Shown: piece after piece, positions 56,700-64,000 of the stretch
How positions within the stretch are numbered: the stretch's first letter is position 1
Layout: each line of letters begins with the position of its first letter
DNA from: Fibrobacteria bacterium
GTDB lineage: Bacteria > Fibrobacterota > Fibrobacteria > UBA11236
Reading direction: 5' to 3'
DNA: 64,000 nt
NCBI GenBank assembly: GCA_043745805.1
Contig: JAYTSD010000001.1
Span: forward strand, 96,001-160,000
The notes under the pieces: model-generated
What the model saw: the letters and a program-made list of their open reading frames with translations, nothing else
Told to the model about the DNA's origin: nothing
The model's database searches: none
Program-made: the position numbers and the translations under genes

Positions 56700-58811
56700 A
56701 TGCAAGCGCCTTTATTACCGCTCGATGAGTTTTCTCGTTTAAAAACGCTTCAGAGTTTAAATATACTCAATACAAATTCCGAAGAACGATTTGAAAGAAT
56801 CACACGTTTAACCCAAAAAATATTTGACGTTCCGATTGTAGCCATCAGTTTAATTGATACCAATAGACAATGGTTCAAGTCGTATATTGGCTTAAATGTT
56901 TGTGAAACCTCTAGAGACATTTCCTTTTGTGGACATGCCATTTTAAATTCAGAAGTATTCGAAATTTCCGATGCCCTAAAAGACGAGCGATTTAATGATA
57001 ACCCTTTGGTTACAGGGTATCCAAAAATCCGCTTTTATGCGGGTCGTCCACTCAAAGCTTTAGATGGAAACAAATTAGGCACGCTTTGTATTATCGATAA
57101 TGTCCCCAAAAAATTATCCCGCGATGACTTAAAAAATTTTGATGATTTAGCCATGCTGGTTGAAAATGAAATAAATTTACAAGAATCCAAGAAATTAATG
57201 GTTCAACTTCGCGCCAGTGAGGAAAAGTTTCGAGCTATGAGTGAAGCTTCACCTTTGGGGATAATCATCTGTGATCCGTCGGGAAATTGTACTTATGCGA
57301 ATAAAGCTTATGAAGTAATTACCGATAGTGACTTTTCCCAACTTATGGATAAAGGTTGGCTTAATTTTATTCACCCTGAAGACAGAGTTGACGTAGGCGA
57401 AGCTATTCGATTGCTCATTGAGGATAATAAACCCTATCACACCTATCATCGTAAGTTAACAAGTGGGGGTAAGGTAGTTTGGGTAAGTTCGAATGCCGCA
57501 CCGATGTACGAGGGACAAAATATTATTGGATTTGTAGGCATATCAGAAGATATTACTTTGCAAAAAAATATTGAAGCCGAATTACATAAAGCAAAAATCG
57601 AAGCGGAAATGGCTAGTCAAATGAAAAGTGAATTTTTAGCTAATATGAGTCATGAAATTCGCACGCCTATGAATGGGGTTATTGGTTTATCGGATATGTT
57701 ATTTGATACTCCACTTAATTCAGAACAAAAAGAATTAGTAGAGAATGTACAGTATTCGGCGAATTCCTTATTGACCATTATAAATGATATTCTTGATTTT
57801 TCAAAAATTGAAGCCGGGAAAATGACTATTTGTAATGAAGCCTTTCAGCCTTTTAATGTTGTAAACGAAACATACAAGATACTGAAACATAAGTGTGACG
57901 CTAAAGGACTACAATTTAAATGCGATTTAGAGGGCTTGAAATCATTGACTCTGTATGGCGATTCTGGCCGTATTCGACAAATATTACTAAACCTAATTGG
58001 GAATGCCATTAAATTTACACAAGCTGGCTCGGTTAGCATTAGTGGAGATTGTAGCCCATTAAGATCAGGTTGGGTCGAGTTAAAAATTAGCATTAGAGAT
58101 TGCGGTGCTGGAATTTCACCAGAAAAAATACCCTTACTTTTTCAAAAATTCAATCAACTTGACAATTCTACTACTCGTCAATTTGGGGGTACAGGATTGG
58201 GATTGGCCATCTGTAAATCACTAGTTGATTTAATGGGTGGAGAAATTGGTTTGCATAGCATATTGGGTAAAGGCTCTGAATTTTATTTTACTATACCCTT
58301 TCAGGAATTAAAGGAACATATAAAAGTACCCCATGTAAGCCCTTCGAGTAATGTGGAAAAAGTTTATAATAATAAGCAACATGAAATGTGTTCCTTAATT
58401 TTAGCGGGCACTCCAGACTTAAAAATTAAGGGAAGAATTCTTCTTGCAGAAGACAATCCTATTAATCAAAAAGTAGCAATACGAATGTTACAAAAATTAT
58501 CTTGCACAGTGGATGTAGCAGAAAATGGAATAATAGCGAGCGCTCTTGCTTCACAACATTTATATGATGTGATTCTTATGGATTGCCTAATGCCTGAAAT
58601 GGACGGATATATCGCCACGCAAAAAATACGTAGTTTACCGTCACCTTTTGGACAAGTGCCTATTATTGCTTTGACAGCAAATGCTATGACGGGTGATAAA
58701 GAAAAATGTATCCAGAGCGGAATGAATGATTATATCAGCAAACCGATGCGCATTAATGATTTAGCAGAAACCTTACATAAGTGGATACTTAGCGAAGCAA
58801 AAAATCCTTAA
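56700..58811 (+). CDS. Cytoplasmic hybrid histidine kinase (GAF-PAS-HisKA-HATPase-REC)
   Basis: SFCGHAI/IRFYAG GAF; IHPED PAS; FLANMSHEIRTPMNG; MDCLMPEMDG. Confidence 0.95.
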   Translation: MQAPLLPLDEFSRLKTLQSLNILNTNSEERFERITRLTQKIFDVPIVAISLIDTNRQWFKSYIGLNVCETSRDISFCGHAILNSEVFEISDALKDERFNDNPLVTGYPKIRFYAGRPLKALDGNKLGTLCIIDNVPKKLSRDDLKNFDDLAMLVENEINLQESKKLMVQLRASEEKFRAMSEASPLGIIICDPSGNCTYANKAYEVITDSDFSQLMDKGWLNFIHPEDRVDVGEAIRLLIEDNKPYHTYHRKLTSGGKVVWVSSNAAPMYEGQNIIGFVGISEDITLQKNIEAELHKAKIEAEMASQMKSEFLANMSHEIRTPMNGVIGLSDMLFDTPLNSEQKELVENVQYSANSLLTIINDILDFSKIEAGKMTICNEAFQPFNVVNETYKILKHKCDAKGLQFKCDLEGLKSLTLYGDSGRIRQILLNLIGNAIKFTQAGSVSISGDCSPLRSGWVELKISIRDCGAGISPEKIPLLFQKFNQLDNSTTRQFGGTGLGLAICKSLVDLMGGEIGLHSILGKGSEFYFTIPFQELKEHIKVPHVSPSSNVEKVYNNKQHEMCSLILAGTPDLKIKGRILLAEDNPINQKVAIRMLQKLSCTVDVAENGIIASALASQHLYDVILMDCLMPEMDGYIATQKIRSLPSPFGQVPIIALTANAMTGDKEKCIQSGMNDYISKPMRINDLAETLHKWILSEAKNP

Positions 58812-58985
58812 TGCAGATTTTTGTTTTTAATTGTAATAAACATTTCCAATACTCTAATTGATTTTATTTTATTCCGACCTTATACTAAATAGTAAGGCAT
58901 TTATTTTGCATTATATTTATCTCTAAAAATGAGATACAAAAAAATATATCCACAAATATTTTTCGATTTGTGAGGAGGTTTTATC

Positions 58986-59354
58986 ATGATGAAGGTTTTA
59001 GTAATAGATGATTCAAGGGTGGCAAGAACGATTGTTTGTAATATGCTCGAAGAGTTAGGGTTTCAAACTGTTGAAGCCGCGGATGGACGGGAAGCTTTAG
59101 CCGTCATGGATAAAAACCAAGATGTAGAATTCGCTTTAGTAGATTGGAATATGCCCGTAATGAATGGCCTAGATTTTGTTTTGGCATTACGTCAAATTGA
59201 TAGGTGGAAAGAAACACCATTAATGATGGTGACTACGGAAACCGAAATGGATCAAGTGATTAAAGCCCTATATTCTGGGGCAAATGAATATTTGATGAAA
59301 CCTTTTTCGAAAGATGCTTTAGCTGAAAAGCTTGCCATTTTGGGAGTGTTTTAA
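58986..59354 (+). CDS. cheY: CheY-like response regulator
   Basis: IDDS, DWNMP, VTTE, KPF; GGAGG RBS. Confidence 0.85.
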   Translation: MMKVLVIDDSRVARTIVCNMLEELGFQTVEAADGREALAVMDKNQDVEFALVDWNMPVMNGLDFVLALRQIDRWKETPLMMVTTETEMDQVIKALYSGANEYLMKPFSKDALAEKLAILGVF

Positions 59355-60172
59355 TGGCACTCGAGAAAAGCGATTTTAATTTTATTAGTCAACTTGTTCA
59401 GGAAAAAGCGGCTATTCAATTGGAAGCGGGTAAAGAATATTTAGTAGAAACACGACTGCAACCCTTAGCCAAAGCAAACGGTTTTAATACGATTGCGGAA
59501 CTAGTAGGAAAACTAAAACAAGAATCATTCAATACTCTCCATCGTAAAGTAGTAGAAGCGATGGCGACCCATGAGACTACATTTTTTAGAGATATACATC
59601 CTTTTGAAGTAATGAAAAAAACTTTATTACCAGAATTAATCAAAAAAAGATCAGCACAAAAAAAACTTCAAATATGGTGTGCTGCCAGTTCCAGTGGGCA
59701 AGAGCCTTATTCTATCGCTATTTTATTGAAAGAAAATTTCCCCATGTTGGCGGATTGGTCAGTAAAAGTTATCGCTACGGACATTTCTTCTTTTATTTTG
59801 GCACGCGCACGTGAAGGTTGTTATTCACAATTAGAAGTGAATCGTGGGTTACCCGCGCCATTATTGGTTAAATATTTTAAAAAGAACGGACTCGAATGGA
59901 AGGTTCGTGATGATATCAGGGAGATGATAGAATTTCGAGAACTCAATTTAATAGAACCCTATAATTTATCGGGCAAAATGGATTTTGTTTTTATTCGTAA
60001 TGTGCTTATTTATTTCGATTTGAAAACCAAAAAATCCATTCTCGAAAAAATACGAGGTGTTATGCAACCTGACGGTTATTTGTTTTTGGGTGGAGCGGAA
60101 ACCTTATTAAGTATGAATTTAAAATTTCAACGGATGCAGGGCGAAAAAACATCCTATTATTTACCAACCTAA
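59354..60172 (+). CDS. cheR: Chemotaxis methyltransferase CheR (second copy)
   Basis: THETTFFRD, WCAASSSGQEPYS, ATDIS, RNVLIYF. Confidence 0.95.
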   Translation: MALEKSDFNFISQLVQEKAAIQLEAGKEYLVETRLQPLAKANGFNTIAELVGKLKQESFNTLHRKVVEAMATHETTFFRDIHPFEVMKKTLLPELIKKRSAQKKLQIWCAASSSGQEPYSIAILLKENFPMLADWSVKVIATDISSFILARAREGCYSQLEVNRGLPAPLLVKYFKKNGLEWKVRDDIREMIEFRELNLIEPYNLSGKMDFVFIRNVLIYFDLKTKKSILEKIRGVMQPDGYLFLGGAETLLSMNLKFQRMQGEKTSYYLPT

Positions 60173-60184
60173 TAGAGATAATAA

Positions 60185-60652
60185 ATGAGCCAAATACGCA
60201 CGGCAGACTTACAAGAAATCATGTTTATGGTTTGGGGAGCTTATTTAAATATGCCCCTAGAAAGTGCTTTCGCCTTACAAGGGAATGGTCAATTCACGGA
60301 AAGTTATTTCTGCGCTATTTTAATCACAGGGGAACGGAAATGGCTGATAACCCTCCAATACCCCGAAAAATTTGCCAATATTATGGTGGAAAAATTAATT
60401 CGTAAGCCTGAAGATAGAGTTGTTCCCGGTGAAGAAATTGAAGCCGTAGCAGAACTTGGAAATTTGGTGGCCGGAAATTTAAAAACTCTTTTTCCTTCGC
60501 CTTGCAAGTTGTCGCTTCCCATAGTTCAAAAATCTCATCTTTTTAATTTTTCCATTCCTGATTCTATTTTACATACGCGACAAAGCTACCTATGTAATGA
60601 ACATCAAATTTTACTTGAGGTTTGGGAGCAAAACGTAGCACCTTCTTCTTAA
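60185..60652 (+). CDS. cheX: CheX-family phosphatase
   Basis: EAVAELGNLVAGNLK, LSLP. Confidence 0.75.
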   Translation: MSQIRTADLQEIMFMVWGAYLNMPLESAFALQGNGQFTESYFCAILITGERKWLITLQYPEKFANIMVEKLIRKPEDRVVPGEEIEAVAELGNLVAGNLKTLFPSPCKLSLPIVQKSHLFNFSIPDSILHTRQSYLCNEHQILLEVWEQNVAPSS

Positions 60653-60758
60653 TCAAAAAATCCAATTTATTAATAAATAGGTATTCGCATTATTTTTTGA
60701 TATTATTAGCATGATATTTTGTTAATAGATACAAAACGCACAATTAAAATCTGGAGGA

Positions 60759-61626
60759 ATGATGACTTTGTTTTTTACCAAACTGGGTATTCATTTAACA
60801 TGTCTATTTTTTATGTCACTATGTTTTTTGTCTATTCCGTTACAAGCAGAGCGTATCGAAGTTGGTAAAGATTCCGTTAAAAACGGTATGACTATGGAAT
60901 TGGGTGGGGTATTTACTTTAGATTTTAATCGGCATGTTTCAGAATTAGATAATCCTTATTTGCAAATGGGCAAAGCTGAATTAGGGGCAAACCTAGGATT
61001 AAGTAAAGAGTTAAAAGCAACAGTCCTTTTGCATACAGAAGGCGATTTGAAAGTACTCAGTATTACCCAAGCGGCAGCTACTTTAAATCCCGAGGGCGCA
61101 CCGTGGGAAATGGTTTTTGGTCAGCATACTTTTAATTATAGTTTATTAACCACTCGTTTAATTAGCGATCCAAATATTGTAAATGAAGTTTAAATTCAAC
61201 AACCGGGTATTAGTTTTTTTTCCCCAAACGCAATTCGCTTTAGGTGCAGGATTTACGGTAAAAAAATTACCTAGATATAAGGACTCGATAGCTTCAGAAA
61301 ATGACTATGCAGCCATATTAAATGCAGATTGGATCAAGGATGAGCAAACAATTGCAAGACTATCAACCAACTTTACCCATAATACTTTATCAGCAGATAT
61401 TGCACTTTCGTATAGTATAGATCCTGTAGATATTGATGCAGAAGGTTTTCAGCAATTACAAGCTCGTATAGCGGGTGGATTAGTTTATCATCGTAAAGAC
61501 GGAATTTTCGGTGCAGTAGAATTTGCGAGAGTTGAAAATACATACAAGGAGGTGCATGTACAAATCGGCTTAGAATCTACGCTCGAATTACCAGGCTTCC
61601 AAAGAAAGACGCTTACACAAGAATAA
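60759..61626 (+). pseudogene. Disrupted outer-membrane porin-like gene (LbtU-like)
   Basis: Signal peptide + barrel strands ending TRLISDP; TAA at 61191 continues in frame IQQPGISFF, then frameshift at a poly-T into the second ORF. Confidence 0.55.
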
Positions 61627-61646
61627 TTATGTATCATAGGAAAATG

Positions 61647-61681
61647 AAATTTAGATTAAGAAAATTTCTTAACCTAAATTT
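61647..61681. terminator. AT-rich hairpin between convergent genes
   Basis: AAATTTAGATTAAGAA-AAT-TTCTTAACCTAAATTT. Confidence 0.5.
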
Positions 61682-61685
61682 TTGA

Positions 61686-62111
61686 TTAAAGTGATGATGT
61701 ACAACAAGGGCAGCGTAGAGCCTTTATGGGGATTGTCGAAAAACATTGCTGACACTCTTTGGTTGTGGTAGTCGGCGCAGGTTGCTTTTTCAATCGATTG
61801 AATTGTTGTATGATCAAAAAAAGTGCAAAGGCAACCAATACAAAGTCAATAAGTGTGTTGATGAATAGACCATAATTTATGGTGGCTGCACCAATGGTTT
61901 TGGCTTCAGCTAGGGATTTCACAGATTTGTCAGATAAATTAAAAAACAAATTGGAAAAATCCACTTTACCAATCAATAAGCCTAGAGGTGGCATCAATAC
62001 ATCATTTACCGCGGAAGTAATAATTTTACCGAAGGCGGTACCAATGATGATACCTATCGACATGTCTAATACATTACCTTTCAAAGCAAACTCTTTAAAA
62101 TCTTTTAACAT
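61686..62111 (-). CDS. mscL: Large-conductance mechanosensitive channel
   Basis: [25 protein letters not shown]-terminal CxxC..RCPxCTS. Confidence 0.96.
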   Translation of the reverse strand: MLKDFKEFALKGNVLDMSIGIIIGTAFGKIITSAVNDVLMPPLGLLIGKVDFSNLFFNLSDKSVKSLAEAKTIGAATINYGLFINTLIDFVLVAFALFLIIQQFNRLKKQPAPTTTTKECQQCFSTIPIKALRCPCCTSSL

Positions 62112-62243
62112 AATTTTCTCCTTTACTTACAATGATAGCAACGATTTCTCTTTAAATAGTTTGGGACTTGCTAACTTGGAACAAACGAGGATTTTAAATA
62201 AAAAAGAATATTCAATCAGAGGAACGTGGGTTAACCCCAGCAT

Positions 62244-62882
62244 TTATCTACCCATCGAAGAAACCGAACAAAATGTGGAAAAGATATAATCCCTTTCAGC
62301 CATATTGCTGTGGCATTTCGCACACATTGCTTTTACACCTGGATGATCACCTTTGCCTTGAAAATAAATGTTACCATCTTGCCCAATTTGTAAATATTCC
62401 CAATCATTACCCTTGGGATCATATCCTGGTTTATGTTTAATCATAATGGTTAAAAAAGTAGGTATACCAGGCTTGTCATTATCCGAGCGATAATTTTCTT
62501 TTAAAAAGATAGTACCGACCAGATAAGGTTGAAAGGTCGACCTAGTGGCCGTGTCATTGGCTTCGTTATTGTCTAAATATATTCGCACATATTCTTTAAA
62601 ATTATTTAAATAGGTTTGAGCATCTTGATTGACATATACCCGTACAAATTGTTTCCAGTGTAAACCCGAAAATTCAAAACCTGATAATTGGAAAAATTTT
62701 TTTCTATAGTCGCCAAGTTGTTTCTCGAACTGCTTTGGAATTTTAAAAGGGGGAGGATTATATTCTAGCTTAGGAGCGGCCGTATCAGGGCCATTTATCG
62801 ACGCAGATATTTTTTCCTCTCCTGCGTATGCACCTATGAAAAAAATAAATAGGACAGCAAAAATAGACCTATAAGCCCACAT
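62244..62882 (-). CDS. Cytochrome P460-family c-type cytochrome
   Basis: Signal peptide; GTIFLKE, MIK..PGY..DWEY, CAKCH, DYIFS. Confidence 0.8.
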   Translation of the reverse strand: MWAYRSIFAVLFIFFIGAYAGEEKISASINGPDTAAPKLEYNPPPFKIPKQFEKQLGDYRKKFFQLSGFEFSGLHWKQFVRVYVNQDAQTYLNNFKEYVRIYLDNNEANDTATRSTFQPYLVGTIFLKENYRSDNDKPGIPTFLTIMIKHKPGYDPKGNDWEYLQIGQDGNIYFQGKGDHPGVKAMCAKCHSNMAERDYIFSTFCSVSSMGR

Positions 62883-62883
62883 G

Positions 62884-63504
62884 CTATTTCCTGTTTAAGG
62901 TTAAGCTACCACCATCAAAATCCAGCTTTTGTGTTTCACCCGATTTAATTTTCATCTCCCCGTTTTCCAATTTAGGTGTCCATACTTTAACCGAAGTATA
63001 TTTATCCGGTACATTATTGATAGTAAATGTTGTGGCTTTATCGCCAAGTTTAAATTCTACAATAGCATTGTAAGCGCTGGGAACATTCGCGATATAGGCC
63101 TGCATCTTGGGATGAATTTTACAACTAATACGAATTACGGAATTTTCGGGCCAATTCAAATCAATTTTTGAGCTTTTGCCAGGAGATACTAAGCCTGCAT
63201 CAAACTTGGCACCAGTTTTAGCATCATTGGCATAAATGTTATGATCTTCGGTATCCGAATTTTTAAAATTAATCGCTGTTCCACTGGGTCCATATACCAG
63301 TTTTTGAACAAATTTTTTGTCCAATTGATTTACTTCTATTCCCTTACTTACGGGAATACTTTTATCTTCGTTAAAATAAACTAATGCCACTGCGGGTGGT
63401 AATTTTGTAAATGTAAACTCACCAGTTACGGTACCTGAAAATATAAGTGTGGGCAAGAAAAGGGCACACACTCGGAGTAAAAATGAAGAGAGAGAAACCG
63501 ACAC
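62884..63504 (-). CDS. Cupredoxin-like periplasmic protein
   Basis: Q.DKKF, F.N.D..HNIY, CKIHPKM (H/C/H/M type-1 Cu ligands). Confidence 0.75.
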   Translation of the reverse strand: MSVSLSSFLLRVCALFLPTLIFSGTVTGEFTFTKLPPAVALVYFNEDKSIPVSKGIEVNQLDKKFVQKLVYGPSGTAINFKNSDTEDHNIYANDAKTGAKFDAGLVSPGKSSKIDLNWPENSVIRISCKIHPKMQAYIANVPSAYNAIVEFKLGDKATTFTINNVPDKYTSVKVWTPKLENGEMKIKSGETQKLDFDGGSLTLNRK

Positions 63505-63528
63505 CTGAACCTCGATGTTAAAGTTACA

Positions 63529-63553
63529 ACTGCGGTTCGATTGCGACCGCAGT
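63529..63553. other. Intergenic stem-loop
   Basis: ACTGCGGT...ACCGCAGT. Confidence 0.5.
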
Positions 63554-63581
63554 AGATTTTATTATTTTATTTTATAAAGTG

Positions 63582-64000
63582 CTAATCATTCTTAGGGATT
63601 TCGGGACGTGCCACGTTTAGTGGATCATTTAATGCTCCCAAAAATGCTACAAGGTCTTGCATTTCATGTTCGCTGCATCCAAGAGGTTTAATCAATTTAT
63701 CAAGATTCTTTTTGTTTTTGCCGCCCATATTGTAAAACGCTACTACCTCTTCCAGAGTTTTTTCAGAACCATCATGCATGTATGGTCCAGTTAAAGTGAC
63801 ATTCCGTAAACCTGGAGTTTTAAAAGCTCCCTTAAGTGTCGCGCCAGCCAAAATTTTATTGCGACCTTCATCATCACCCGGAACTCCAATATTATGAAAG
63901 CTTTCATCGGTAAAATTTGGACCACTATGACAGGCGGTGCAATTGGCTTTTCCGGAGAATAGAGCCATTCCTCTCACTGCCGAAGGTGTCATTGCGTTAT
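63582..64000 (-). CDS. Di-heme cytochrome c peroxidase/MauG-family protein (partial, continues beyond window)
   Basis: CTACH, FHNIG, FKTPGLRNV..TGPYMHDG. Confidence 0.9.
   Translation of the reverse strand, partial: NAMTPSAVRGMALFSGKANCTACHSGPNFTDESFHNIGVPGDDEGRNKILAGATLKGAFKTPGLRNVTLTGPYMHDGSEKTLEEVVAFYNMGGKNKKNLDKLIKPLGCSEHEMQDLVAFLGALNDPLNVARPEIPKND

Noticed and set aside
604-63171. Numerous short antisense/overlapping ORFs in the track (e.g. 1925-2275, 36198-36788, 61879-62289)
   Set aside because: Shadow frames of well-supported genes with no independent motifs
1-64000. tRNA, rRNA, riboswitch, T6SS core genes
   Set aside because: None recognised by eye; an Infernal/tRNAscan run would be needed to exclude small RNAs

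Overview
AT-rich bacterial chromosome segment. A PorV/PorQ-like gene, a T9SS-CTD-like tail, large Ig-repeat lipoproteins and flagellar/chemotaxis genes suggest a motile Fibrobacterota/FCB-group organism (inference). In order: end of livF; FMN reductase; TPR lipoprotein; a complete sigma54-driven chemotaxis operon (cheA-W-mcp-R-D-Y-X-B) whose CheA has two HPt domains and an MshEN-like insert; a CpxP/OmpR/histidine-kinase module; and an accessory stretch with two candidate toxin-immunity modules (FIX-like toxin + Imm71/72-like; OmpA/PG-binding/Gly-rich protein + MORN/YwqK-like) flanking a sugar-dehydrogenase-like protein and an Ig-repeat lipoprotein. Next come uppP; a collapsed type I R-M locus where only the ends of hsdM/hsdS/hsdR survive around an intact rhuM; and a TetR-controlled TonB-dependent receptor plus TonB2-like (ttpB/C-exbB-exbD-tonB-ttpD) operon with a duplicated palindromic operator. 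The rest holds UbiA and DUF1624 genes; a PorV-like protein with an inserted propeller; a sigma54 merR plus giant GT2-TPR glycosyltransferases beside sigma28-driven flgM; sua5; a hybrid kinase with an orphan cheY-cheR-cheX; a broken porin; mscL; and a P460-like/cupredoxin/di-heme peroxidase cluster. No rRNA, tRNA, CRISPR array or transposase was recognised. All family assignments come from motif recognition by eye, not database searches.
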